Shown in pieces: positions 51,313-62,855 of a stretch of 64,000 nt of DNA; within the stretch, counting starts at the first letter, position 1; every line of letters begins with the position of its first letter. The position numbers and the translations under genes are program-made. Location: positions 62,001 through 126,000 of the forward strand of contig CP145413.1 in NCBI GenBank assembly GCA_036867785.1, in the 5' to 3' direction. The notes beneath the pieces are model-generated. The model was not told the origin of the DNA and made no database searches. It saw only the letters and a list, made by a program, of their open reading frames with translations. The DNA is from Plasmodiophora brassicae. Lineage: Eukaryota.

Positions 51313-51729
51313 CCCGCGTCGCACCGATCGATTAAGGAGCTGGATCACACGCGACGTTAAGATTGGCCTGTGCACCGGGTACCCACCGACGGCGCGTACG
51401 TACCTGGTCCCAGCGGTGCGGCCGCCAGTGGCGACAATCTTCATCAGCGCCAGTGTCCCCGAGGGTTCCCGGTACAGCCGATACCGTCGGGAGAGCCGCG
51501 CCAGGCGGATCGCACGTTTACGCTCCGGGTGCCGCACGTCATCAGGGAACATGGCCCATTCCATCGCCAGCAGCATCGCCCGCCACAACGCCTTCTGGCC
51601 CTGCAGCGCGTATCGCCACGCCCAGCAGCTTCGCTCGACGCGCACCACCTCGGCGACATCGCAGTACGACAACGCCCGGACGACGAGATCGACCGGCAAG
51701 TCGTCCCACGATGCGCCACCCGCCCGCAT
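51229..51729 (-). CDS. Small F-box protein
   Basis: WDDLPVDLVVRALSYCDVAEVVRVERSCWAWR.....LWR. Confidence 0.75.
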   Translation of the reverse strand: MRAGGASWDDLPVDLVVRALSYCDVAEVVRVERSCWAWRYALQGQKALWRAMLLAMEWAMFPDDVRHPERKRAIRLARLSRRYRLYREPSGTLALMKIVATGGRTAGTRYVRAVGGYPVHRPILTSRVIQLLNRSVRRGSAGVAHPYLNPVQGQWHRPALADLQAR

Positions 51730-51945
51730 CGATCGGCGCCCAAACGCAAACCACACTTTGCGACCGTGTTCGACCAGACGGACGGAACACCGTTCCCACC
51801 CGTTCGCTGTCCAGCGGGTGCCTAATCTGGACGCCGCCAAGCGCCTGGCGGACCCACTCCCTGGGCCAGAGCGTCACCCGCACATGCCCGCCCTCGTCGA
51901 GACGGCTCAGCGTCGCGTGGTCCTGGGTGCGCCCGTTAACCGCTT

Positions 51946-53386
51946 TTATGGAGACGCGGGCGCGGGACGTGGTGCCGCCGGCGCGAACGACGCGTAGAAC
52001 GGGGCGTACAGGATGCGGAACGGCCCGTCGGGGTTCGACGCACCTCGAGCGATTCGGAAGTAGCCTTGCTCGCCGAACGAGGGTCCCCATTGGTTCTTCA
52101 GCTTCCAGTACTGACGCACCATGTTTCAGGGCACCGGACGGCAACGGAACTGTGTGTGAAGGTCCAACCGGCAGGCGAGCTTTGGCGTCGTACCCGTACC
52201 CGACCAGCAGGACCGAATGGTCGATGACGCAGTCAGGGTCGTTCCAGCCCGGCGACCCGATGATGACGCCCGATTTGTAGAAGAGGATTTCAGGGTAGTT
52301 GGCGCACATGACGACGGCGATCGGCTGATGACGCAGGGCGCTCATTAGCGCCGATTCCGTCTCCAGCGACTGCCTCGTGTGTTAAGCACGGGTCACCGCA
52401 GGGGGGGGGCAGTCGGCGACGACGTACGACAATGGAGAAGGACGCGATCCTGTTAACATGCGGCTGACAGGAATCCGATCTGCATCGGGACGGGGACGAT
52501 GTAGGTTGAGCGTATGGATACGCGGCGTCGTTGCATAGCGCGTTCCTCTGGGCGTACTGAAACGCTGCGCCGAGCCACCCCCCGGCTGTGCACGTCCTGT
52601 ACCCGATCGTCAGGGATACAACGGGCAGCGTCGTCGACGATGATCAGCGCGTGTGCCGAACTCGTTAGGGGATGCACGTTGGTAGGTGCAGTCGGCGAGC
52701 ATTTCGGCGGACAGGTCGGTGGCGCTCGACAGGTTGCGACTCAGGGCCCAGGCGCCCTCCAGCGCCCCGGCCGTTGCGAATGCCCTAAGGAGAGACGCGC
52801 GTCACCTTGGCAGCATACCCGTCTGTTGGTGGTTGCAGGCGGGGTACCAGCAGGTCGCGCAAGGGCCTTGGTCCTTGACGGGGCTGACGACACCTGGGAC
52901 TGTGGTCCAGTCCAGGAACGACGTCTTCCGTATCGCATCGGCTTCGACTTGTGCCTGCTGGCACCAGTCAGGAGGTGGAAAACGATGTCGATGCGGTCAC
53001 TGTGCGTGTGTGTGCCTGCAATGCATCCCAGTTCTTGTCGCGAGTGCTGGGCAGGGTGATCCCCATGTAGGAGCGAATCTCCTTGTCCGTCAGGTCGGCG
53101 AACCGGTTGACCGCCAGCTTCCACGTCGAATTCTTCGCGTTGTGCTGATTGACATAGGAGACTCGTTTGCTCCAGAGCCGGTATCGATAGAGCTCCTGCG
53201 ACCCGGCCGAGTATTCCTGCCAATGCGGACACGCTCGGCCCTTTGGCTGCCCACGATGGCTGGTCCAGTCACGCGTACCTTTCCTTGCCTAGCCTTGTAT
53301 TCGCCCCATGGCGTCGCCCGGTACCCATGGCCAACGATGAACCGTGTGGCGGCAATAAGAACCGCAACGTGGACGCCGATGAACAT
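51946..53386 (-). CDS. Secreted papain-family (C1A) cysteine protease with I29 propeptide
   Basis: Signal peptide; [63 protein letters not shown]. Catalytic C/H/N are intact. Confidence 0.92.
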
Positions 53387-53835
53387 TGGCCCGCCGCCAC
53401 CACGTCAGATTCGCAGGAGATTCGACGGCCAGTACGGGATCCTTTCGCGCTCCCCCATGCCGATATCTAGATATGGATCATTAAGGTCAACACCGAACCC
53501 GGGTCATCAAGCCCCCGGCGGTACCGATCATTCAGTCCCGCGTGAGCCACAAACAAAACCTCATTGTTCACAATTGCGACTGATGCCCATGTTCGTCGCT
53601 GCCAGGCCATGCTCTAGAACGGGGACCCCATACACCGCGCTCGTCCAGCGGGGAACGCAGCCGGCACAGGCCACCCCAATGGGCCATCTGTTAGTTCACA
53701 GCGGTCGTTTGCAATTGGAGGCGCAACGCGCAAGCAGTGTCAGCGTGCTCGTCCATCCACATTCCTGACTGGGACTGTCGACTCGACGGGCAGCCCCCGG
53801 TCGTGCTCGTTGCTGCTGTCACTGCAGGTCGATTG

Positions 53836-54964
53836 ATGGCTCGGAAAGCGACCGCCGGCAAGTCGCGTCCAGGTGAGCCGGAGGCAGCTTCGTCGCGAAC
53901 GTCGTTCAGTGAAGGGTCGCCACGTCCAAGGTCGTCCGCGTCGTCATCGGAATCGTCGTCATCGTCGATGTCGACATGGATTGGGTACTGCCTGCCGCCG
54001 CTTGTATCGAGCGTCGGCCAGCGTGCTAACGCGTCGCTCAGCATTGGCGTCGTGGCCGTCCTGATCGGGTACGTCTTCAAGCTCCAGACGGACGTTGCCA
54101 CCATGGCGACGGCCATCGGGAAGCTGTCGGGCACAAACCCAATTCAGTCTGGGCCCAGCCCCGTTGACGAGGCGGTGTCGTCTCGTATCCAGGAGCTAGA
54201 GCGAGCCGTCCAGGCATTGTCGAAGGCGGCCGCGAACAGGCGTGATCCTCCCGCCGGAGCCTTAAGCGTCCAGGACGCGGTCGATAGGGCGCTGTGGCGA
54301 TTCGCGTCGGACCGGACGGCCCTGATCGACTACGCCATGGAGGCCATCGGCGGGCGCGTCCTCTCCAGTTCGGGTGTGCACCGCGGCGACGGCCTCGGCT
54401 TCATCATCCAGTACCTGACCTGGTCAGGCCAGGACGAGCGGCAGATGCTCCAACCGAGCATGGAGGTTCGACCATCGGTCGCCTCCACCCGTTGCCCTGC
54501 ATTGACCCTGATGCGTCCGGTACAGCTGGGACGATGCTGGCCGATGCCGGGCAAGACGGGTTGGGCAATCATCCGCCTCGGCCGGCGGGTGTTCGTGGAC
54601 GGGATCACAATGGAGCACATCTCTCCTGACAGCACCCCTCACTTCGAGTACGTCGCATGCTGCGAACGCTCTGTCCCCATCCGCCGTCGTCCAATGCCAC
54701 TGTTCGCACAGGACGGCGCCGAAACGGTTCACCCTGTCTGTGCACGAGCGCGAATGCAATGGAACCCGGACCCGGTCTGGGGCGCAGCTGGGCGCATGGG
54801 AGTACACGGCGCCGTCGATCGCCGCAGGCGTCGGCCCCGTCCAGACGTTCTCGTTCCCGGCCACGACATGCCGGGTCGTGTCTGTCAACGTGTCCATCGA
54901 CGACAACTTCGGCAGCGACGCCTACACCTGCGTCTACCGGGTACGAATCCATGGCAACCCGTGA
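53836..54964 (+). CDS. SUN (Sad1/UNC-84) domain nuclear-envelope protein
   Basis: TM + coiled coil; DYAMEAIGGRV, GRCWPMPG, ITMEHI, NFGSDAYTCVYRVRIHG. Confidence 0.9.
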
Positions 54965-55002
54965 CAGTAACAATTTAGGAACGGTCGTTCTCGCCTCGAC
55001 CC

Positions 55003-55563
55003 TCACTCCTTTTCCTTGCCGCGTACGTACTCGCTGATGGGCTGGGAGAACCGTGACGATCGCCCATGGCCGTTTCGTGGGTCGGGTGCGCGCGTGTACC
55101 CGCAATGTGGGACCTTGTTGTGCGGCCAGTTGTACAGAGTGGTGCACCCCGGCGTCGGGCCCGCACCACCCGGCACGGACGCACCCACCACCAGTGAGGC
55201 GGCCGGTGCGCGACGCCCGCCAAACTGGTCGCTCTTCATCGCCTGAGCCTGACGGTCGGCCTGCTCCTTCGTCGCCTTGGCGAACTGCTCGACGGCCTGC
55301 GACCAGATGCTGCTCTCCAGCGCCTCCTGTCGCAGGTACCGGTACGACTTGCTGGCCGTCTCCGTGTTCGCCGCCGCCGCCAATCGCAACGCGTCCGCCG
55401 TCGTCGAGGTCGCCACCGCCGGCGAGTCACGATGGCCTAACACGCGCTGGAACGTCGTGATCGTCTGCTGCGAGCCGTCGTGCGCCGTCTCACGCAACGC
55501 CATCTCCTCCACCCAGTTCCCTTCCAGGACGCCATGGTCGCCACGACGCCGGCCGGTCACCAT
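55003..55563 (-). CDS. SPAG8/FAP143-like axonemal microtubule inner protein
   Basis: N-terminal LEGNWVEE and C-terminal SSRFSQPISEY motifs. Confidence 0.55.
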   Translation of the reverse strand: MVTGRRRGDHGVLEGNWVEEMALRETAHDGSQQTITTFQRVLGHRDSPAVATSTTADALRLAAAANTETASKSYRYLRQEALESSIWSQAVEQFAKATKEQADRQAQAMKSDQFGGRRAPAASLVVGASVPGGAGPTPGCTTLYNWPHNKVPHCGYTRAPDPRNGHGRSSRFSQPISEYVRGKEKE

Positions 55564-55618
55564 GACGCGCAGACCACACGTCGCAGTACCGTCGAACGAT
55601 CCGACCACCTCGATAGAT

Positions 55619-55970
55619 ATGCCTCACGGGCGGCAGGTACGTAGTGGTATCAGCCAGCAGTAGCTGCAGTAGGTGGTGCGCGTGCGCCCTGCGTGCGATG
55701 CAGCACGACGCAGTGCGCCAGTCGAGCTGGTCACGCGCAGCGGGAGCGTCGGCGGGCGACCCGTCAGCACTGCGTGCAGCCATCTGGTCAGCGGACCGTG
55801 GGTGGGTCCATGCAGTGCAGACTCGGTAATCAGATCGGTCCGTCTTCTCACAGGAGCGCTATATGGATCAACGCCATATCGCTGAACAGCCGCCCCCCGC
55901 AACGACTAGCAGTCTCGATCATGCTGAAACACCCAGGTCGGGTCAGACGTTCAATTACACATATGTGTAA
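55619..55970 (+). CDS. Possible small spliced hypothetical gene
   Basis: ATG..CAG|GTACGT donor at ~55637; a hand-spliced frame ends FNYTYV-TAA at 55970. Weak support. Confidence 0.25.
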
Positions 55971-56094
55971 ACGTTGCGTTAAACCTTTCTTCTGTGTATA
56001 CGTCTAAACATATGTTTCGACGTGTTTTGTGTCGAAACGTTTACATATTACGACGGTACGGTGCACAAAGTCCGCCATGCAGCTCTACGGCGTC

Positions 56095-57189
56095 ATGATG
56101 TCGCGCGTCGGTGACTTGGGATCGACGCGGGACCGGCCCATCGTCTGTTTCTCGGACGACGACGCTAGCGCGGAGGCGGGGACGGCGCCGCCGGGGCGGG
56201 CTGCGCCGGCGGCGGCATCGTCCCCGCCCCCCGAGGTGATTGTCGTCGACGACGTCGACGGCAGTGTCGAGGCGTTACCCGACCAGAAGCGCCGGCGAAC
56301 GGATACGCCGGTCGTGCAGGCGGGTGCGGCGGCCGGCCGGCAGCCCCCGATGCAGGTGTGGCTCAAGGAGGTCCTTGAACGCTACCCGAACGTCAGGGTC
56401 CGGGTCGTGGCCACGATTGGCGACTCGCAGATCGTCTCGCTCGATAACGCCACCGCCGTCCTCCGTACGTGATGACGTCGTCCTGTGTCCCAGTGTCGTG
56501 TTGGCCGTCGTTAACAAGACGCCACAGATGGGTATCGCCTGGTGGTCGCCTATACGCGCGATGAGGGGCATGGGCCGCGCTCGACAGCCATCATCGTGCT
56601 GATGATCCCGGACGTGCATGATCGATCTGTCACATCGATCGCTGTGCGGATGCTGCGACGGGCGCCCAACCCGGTCCTGCTGCCGGGTGTCGATCCCGGC
56701 CCGCTGCAGGAGATGCATCTTCAGTTCGCGGCGCTAACCGCGAAATCGCCCAACGTCATGGGCCACCATTTCGCCACGAATGAGCCGATCATCGATGTCG
56801 TGCTGCGCGTCGTTGCCGCCGCTGAGGTCCTGGTCAAGAACGCCCGGTGTGCGATCCCTGCCCAGGCGCCGGTTGACGAGCCGAGGTCGGTCCACACCCG
56901 TTCCGTCCGGGGGTTGCTGGACCTGGTCGAGACACTCACCTCTCTGTTCAGGTTGGCCCGGATCGTGTCGGCAAAGACGCGCGGCTCGCGACCCTGCCCG
57001 CTGTGTGGGATGGTGCCGCCGATCACGATCGCGCATATCCAGGAGCACCGAACCGAGATCATGGCGAGGATGTCACCCGAGGACCTGGACGAGTACCAGC
57101 GCATCCGTCGAGCCGAAAACGAACGCGTTCGTGCTGTCGTGACACAACTCAGGTGCCAGGTGCTGTCTGGAAGAGCACCGGGGCGATAA
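56095..57189 (+). CDS. Hypothetical protein with SIM-like motifs and a C-terminal CxxC..H..H zinc finger (1 intron)
   Basis: IVCFSDDD, EVIVVDDVD, KRRR NLS, CPLCG...IAHIQEH. Confidence 0.6.
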
Positions 57190-57227
57190 CGAACGACTTG
57201 CTGTATGCTATAATATGATCAGTATCG

Positions 57228-59160
57228 TTATTCTACCCTGAGCCGTTTGGCTTCCGGAGGGACATGCCTGCCGGTGTGGTCCTTGGCGGCCTGCAACGCT
57301 TCCTGGCCTCGCTCTGCCGCTTCCTGCAGCATTCTCATCGTGGCGTCGAACATGGGCACGAACACGCTGTAGTTGTTGTCGTGCAGTTTCCGTCGAAGCT
57401 TCTGGATATCGGCGTCGAGAGCGGCCAGCGCAGTCGTGTACCGTTCCAGGCGCGCCCGGGCGTCCGCGTCGTGCACGGGGAAGCACCCCCAGAAATGACG
57501 AAGCAGTTCCGACGCCTTCACTGCCCGGCTCCTGACAGCGTCGAGGATCTTGTCCGGCACCTTCTCATCCAGCCCTCGTTGCCGGTTGAAGATGACGAAC
57601 GTGCCGGATCGCTGCGTCGCCGCCTGCTGCTCCGTTATCCGGCAGTCCTGCGACAGACGCGTGATGACGCCCGACAGGTAGGTCGCCCGCTGCTGGCTGT
57701 CAGGTCCCGCTCCAACCGATGAATCGACGTGATGCAGAAACGCCTGTCGTACGGCGTCTTGCGCGGTCTCGCTGAGAGGCGTCACGGTTTCAGCTTGTCC
57801 TCCCGTTGCAAGCTGGATCTCATGGGCCGGGACCGCCGCGCTGTCGGCCATGTCAAGCGGTTGGCTATCGGTGATACGGCCCGCCGTCCGCAGCACGACG
57901 CGGGAATGTTGGTTGAACTCGGTGATCAGTTCGTGTCGTTGCTTGTCCCGCACGGATGCAGGCAGCACCTTCGGGTGAAGCAACCGATCCTCCCGGTCGG
58001 GATCGAGAAGCGTCAGATCGACGAAACGGTCCACGGGTAGATCCGCCTTGAGATCCGCATCTCTGTTTGAATGACGCATGGATCAGACGAGTCAACGTCA
58101 ACCGAGATAAACGGCAGCGACCTGTCTGTTTCCTTCGGCGCCGCCTCAAACCGGCTAAAGATGTCGTGCATGGGTTGAATGACGGCATCGGCGTCCGCAT
58201 CAGCCCCGACAAACTGTTGCCGCGCCCTGCGGAAGTACTGGCTCTGGAAGTACTTGGTCCTACACACGCAGGAACACACGAGGCATCAGCAGCTAGGCGC
58301 CCGCTTCCGGCTGACCGACCCGACCAGAATTCCGTCTCCGACATCTTATCCGGCACCTGGTCCTCGTACGCGCGACGCACGGCGCCATGTTTCGCGAGAA
58401 TCTCAGCAATTGCACCAGCGCTGAGCGTGTAGGCAATCGTGCTGCCGGATGGGCCGGGCTGCTAGAGACAGCTTGCATTCAACAACGAGAGCGGGTCAGG
58501 CACCGGACGCCGACCCGTACAGTGGCATCGGCGATCGGCACGGCCGACAGCATGGCGGACGACAAACCGACGCGCTGGGCCTGCGTCGAATGCCGTTCCA
58601 GTTCGATCAGATGCTGGCGGCTCCTCCAGAACTCGGCCGATGAGATGATCTTGCCCTGCTCGACAACCTATCCGCAACGTCATCCTCCTGCGTCCAACCG
58701 GCAGTGATACGCGAGAACGGGTAACCTCTTGATAGGCACGCCTGAGCTGAGGGTCCCGAGCGAGAAGCAAAGCGCGAATCTGTGCCTCGGTGGACGCCGA
58801 CGTGATGGCGGGCGGCGAGGACTCCCACGCGGGCGCCGGACTGGGCGGGACGGTCGGCGCCGGCGAGGCGCTAGACGCCGGCGCCGACCTTGATGGCGCC
58901 GATTTGACGACGGCCACAAACTGGTCGCGTGATGGCTCATCGGGGAACACGAACACGTACGCCTTGGCGGCGGTGGACATCTGCGCCTTGTACGGCGCCG
59001 ACCGATTCGCGACGCATCCCGTGATGGACGCCCGCCCGACCGACAGCTTCTTGGCGTCCGTGCTGCAGAACACGACCCGATCGGTCGTGACGAGCAGCTG
59101 CCCCGGGTTCTTCTTGTGCTGCACGCCGGTCAGCGACAGCAGCACGCCCGACGACGCCAT
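57228..59160 (-). CDS. TFB1: TFIIH subunit p62 (TFB1/GTF2H1)
   Basis: N-terminal PH (VQHKKNPGQL..FVF..RDQF), BSD motifs (AEFW; VPDKMSETEFW|KYFQSQYF), FNQHSRVVL, ELLRHFWGCFP. Confidence 0.9.
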
Positions 59161-59620
59161 GGAACGCACTCCGCGACTGCACCGACCGGACCATGATGCC
59201 GGCCGGGGGCACACAGTCAACTCTGCCCTGCCTGCGCCCCGGCCCCTCCTTGAACCGGGCCCGCGGCACGATGAGCATATCGTTCATCGTTCCGCTAAAC
59301 GGCTTCGCACGCTGGCGTACGGCCGAACTGGTACGTGCGTGCGTGTCGTAGACGGCCAGAGCGAGCGGCCTTAGCACGCGTCCGCCAGCTACGAACCGAT
59401 GTACCTGTCCCGGATAATGTCTCGCAGAGGTCACCGCCTGGGTACGTTGCGCTAAACGCGTTCTGTTGCGACGCGCGTGACCAGGCAATGGGATAACGCC
59501 AGAGGGCCGACGGAGTGTTTATATGAGAGCGCCCTAATCTGGCGAGGGCTACGGACTGCCCACGGTGTCCGTGGACAGGTCCGGGGACCAGGAGAGGTGA
59601 TCGGCGTGATCCCGTCAGCG

Positions 59621-60166
59621 ATGACGAAGTACTCGTTCAAGCCGCAGACGGCCGAGAAATCGACGTGCGCGTCCGGCGCGTACCTGCGCGTTCACTTCAA
59701 GAACACGCATGAGGCGGCCATGGCCATCAAGAACATGTCGCTGCCCAAGGCGCAGACGTACATGAACGACGTCCTGGCGCACAAGGACATCGTCCCGTTC
59801 CGTCGCTTCAACGGCGGCGTCGGGCGTCACGCGCAGGCGAAGAAGTACGGCGTGTCGCAGGGACGCTGGCCGGATAAGTCCTGCCGGTTCATCCTGGGCC
59901 TGCTGAAGAACGCTGAAGCGAACGCGGAGGCGAAGGGCCTGGACCCGAAGACGCTGGTCATCAGCCACATCCAGGTCAACCAGGCGCCGATGCAGCGCCG
60001 GCGAACGTACCGCGCGCACGGTCGCATCAACCCGTACATGTCGGCGCCGTGCCACATTGAGATGGTCCTTACCCAGAAGAACGACGAGGTCAAGAAGGCC
60101 GCCGACGCTGGCAAGGTTGCCCGCCGACGCCAGCCGCGCCTCACGAGCGGCCAGACCGGATTCTAG
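59621..60166 (+). CDS. RPL17: 60S ribosomal protein L17 (uL22), intronless
   Basis: [43 protein letters not shown]. Confidence 0.98.
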   Translation: MTKYSFKPQTAEKSTCASGAYLRVHFKNTHEAAMAIKNMSLPKAQTYMNDVLAHKDIVPFRRFNGGVGRHAQAKKYGVSQGRWPDKSCRFILGLLKNAEANAEAKGLDPKTLVISHIQVNQAPMQRRRTYRAHGRINPYMSAPCHIEMVLTQKNDEVKKAADAGKVARRRQPRLTSGQTGF

Positions 60167-60230
60167 TCGCCGCTCCCCCACCCGTAATTGCAGCGTGAGC
60201 CCTGTTCGAATACAACAACAGCCTTGCCCG

Positions 60231-60602
60231 TCACGTCGACAGGGATCCCCTGCCGATGGCATCGGCGACGTAGGTGCCCAGCGTGACCAGGACAGAGGCG
60301 ATCAGCGCCGTCAGCAGGATGCCCTGCAGGCACCGGCAGGTTCGCGAGCGGAACAGGGCCCGATGCGAGTCGGGGAACGCGGCCGCGAAACGCTGCCTCC
60401 AGGTGTAGTCGTGCCTGGGCGACGACAACGTCGACGACGTCGCCAGCATCGGCCAGGTGCGCACCGACACGGGCGACCTTGACGACGACGACGACGACGT
60501 CGCCTGCAGGTCTACTGGCAGGCTACGAGGCGCCCGGGTCAACGCCGTTCGCTCCCGCCGGGGCGGGATCGCCGCATCCGACGACGACCATGACCCTGAC
60601 AT
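60231..60602 (-). CDS. Small hypothetical protein with C-terminal TM helix
   Basis: Ser-rich N-terminus and GILLTALIASVLVTLGTYV; fills the gap between RPL17 and NDUFA9. Confidence 0.45.
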   Translation of the reverse strand: MSGSWSSSDAAIPPRRERTALTRAPRSLPVDLQATSSSSSSRSPVSVRTWPMLATSSTLSSPRHDYTWRQRFAAAFPDSHRALFRSRTCRCLQGILLTALIASVLVTLGTYVADAIGRGSLST

Positions 60603-60697
60603 CGTACAGCGATCCGACTGGACAGGATATCATCCCTCGCTCGTACCGAGAATCTTCGTTGGACGCCGCTGGCTGTGTGTGTGTGTGTATGCCGATC

Positions 60698-61820
60698 TCA
60701 GAACGGGGTCGTCTCGATGTACGCGCGCTCGGAACGGTAGACGCTGAGGAGGAGCCGCGCCTTGTCGTGCAGGCTGGTCGGCAGGATGTCCAGCGTCTGC
60801 AGCGTGTTCGTGCAATGCGGGTCGACGACGATGTCCTGGCCCATCTGGACAAAGTCGTCGCTGGTGGCCAGCGGCTTCCAGGGGTTCTGCTCGCACATCC
60901 ATCCGAAGGCCTTCGCCAGCGGCAGCGGCAGCGGCAGCGCCCGGAAATCCATGCGGATGTCCTGGGCGACGACCTTGAGGATCGCGCGCACGTCGAGCAC
61001 GTCGGGGCCGCCGAGCTCGAACGTCTGGCCGAACGCCTCCGGTCGGTTCAGCGCCGACATGATCGCGTCGGCGACGTTCTCGACAAAGACGGGCTGCCGT
61101 TTCGCTTTGCCGTCGTTGGCGACCACGACCCATTTGAAGCGTCGCATCTGCTGGGCGTAGCGCAGCAGGAAGTCGTCCTCCCAACCGAAGGTCGCCGCCG
61201 GGCGCATGATGATCGCGTCCGGGAACTCGCTGAGGACGGCGGCCTCGCCGTCGCCTTTGGACCGCAGGAACGCCGACGGCGACGTCTGCGACGCGCCCAG
61301 GCACGACACGTGGACGAAGCGTTCGACGCCCGCCTTCCTGGCAGCGGCCGCCAGCGCGCGGGCGCCCTCCACGTGCACATCGGCGAACTTGAAGTTCTTG
61401 GTCTCGTAGAACCGACCGATCAGGTTGACGACGACGTTCGACCTCGACATCTGCCCAACGCTCAGTCAGGCGGACGAACGAACGACAACGGTCAGAGGCG
61501 GCGACCGCGTTCTCAATGGAGGCCGAGTCGCGCAGCTCGAACGGGACGGCGGCCACCTGGCCGACATCGGCGAGGACGCGCAGGTGCCGGATCTCCATGC
61601 CGTCATCGCCTACGGGCGCCGACGCCGACAATCACCACGACGTTCACCCAACACCCGCGGGTCACTCACGAAACGGGACGACGATCTGCGACCCGATCCG
61701 CCCGAGGCGGTCCACCACGTACCGCCCGTAGTTGCCCGACGCGCCGAACACGGTCGCCGTCACGCCCGACACCGACGATCGCCCGCCGGGCGACACCACC
61801 AGGCGGTGCACGTTCGACAT
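60698..61820 (-). CDS. NDUFA9: Complex I 39-kDa subunit NDUFA9 (2 introns)
   Basis: [56 protein letters not shown]. Confidence 0.95.
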
Positions 61821-62112
61821 GGCCCCCTACACGTTCAGCAGCTCGATCCGAAAACGGCTGCCCTCCCCCCGGCGTCGTCGTCGCCGTCTGCAATTCGGGA
61901 ATCTTTTTGCCCGCCCCCCCCTGGATGATGGCAAAACGTCGTCAGGGACGCGCCTTTTTGGGCACGTTGTTGCGGCGGGAGAGAGGGTTGGCCTGTGCGG
62001 CGGTGCGGTGCCCCCCGTCAGTCGCCGCTGGCAGTCAGGCAGCGGCACGGCGTCAGTGGCGTGTACGGCGGATATGGGAATAATAAGGGGGGCGGAGCGC
62101 GTTGTTATGATT

Positions 62113-62559
62113 TTACGGCGACTGGATGCGGTCCTGGCCGCCGGCGACGACGTCGGCGCCGAGTTCCCAGGTGTCGTCGTCGACGCGGGTGATGGCCTGG
62201 CCTTTCTGCTCGAGGATGTCCTCGATGTTGCGGCGGCCGCCGCCGAAGTAGTTGAGGTTGTCGGCCAGCAGGTGCATGTTCTGGCACTTTGGGCACCGGG
62301 CGATGACGACGCCGTGCGTGTACGCCTGCTTCGACATGGTTTTCGCCGTCCGCGTATAGCAGATCGTGCAGGTGAACACGATCCCCATGCGGGGATCCTC
62401 CGGGTTGCCCGGCGGCGCACGCGTCGCGGCTTCCGACGACTTCCAGCGCCGCGCCACGACGGGCGCCCCGAACCGCGCGCACCGATGCGCGACCGGCGGC
62501 GCAGCGCGCGCCTGCCTCGCCACCGCCTGCACGGCGCCGCGGAAACACCTCCCCAGCAT
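62113..62559 (-). CDS. DNLZ: DNL zinc-finger mitochondrial Hsp70 escort protein (Zim17/Hep1)
   Basis: Arg-rich presequence; FTCTIC.TR...MSKQAY..GVVI.RCPKC...HLLADNL. Confidence 0.95.
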   Translation of the reverse strand: MLGRCFRGAVQAVARQARAAPPVAHRCARFGAPVVARRWKSSEAATRAPPGNPEDPRMGIVFTCTICYTRTAKTMSKQAYTHGVVIARCPKCQNMHLLADNLNYFGGGRRNIEDILEQKGQAITRVDDDTWELGADVVAGGQDRIQSP

Positions 62560-62855
62560 GACGACAACCCTCGACGAACTTGACGACCGAGAACGATACG
62601 GACGCGGCGGGACCCGGCGCCAGTCGCAACTCGTCGCAGCTCGTCGCGCAGCGTGCGTGGCGCGGTTTGATTCTCCGACGACGCTCCGCACAATTCCGCG
62701 CGCGCACCCACTCCGGACCGGAATACCGCCTGGAACGGGGGGGGGCGCGCCGACCGGACCAGGAGGGGCACAACGGCCCCGACCGCCGCCATGACGAATA
62801 TATAGTGGTGTGTATGGGCCCGGAGACAGACAATGAGGTCGCAGGCGTGGGGAGA

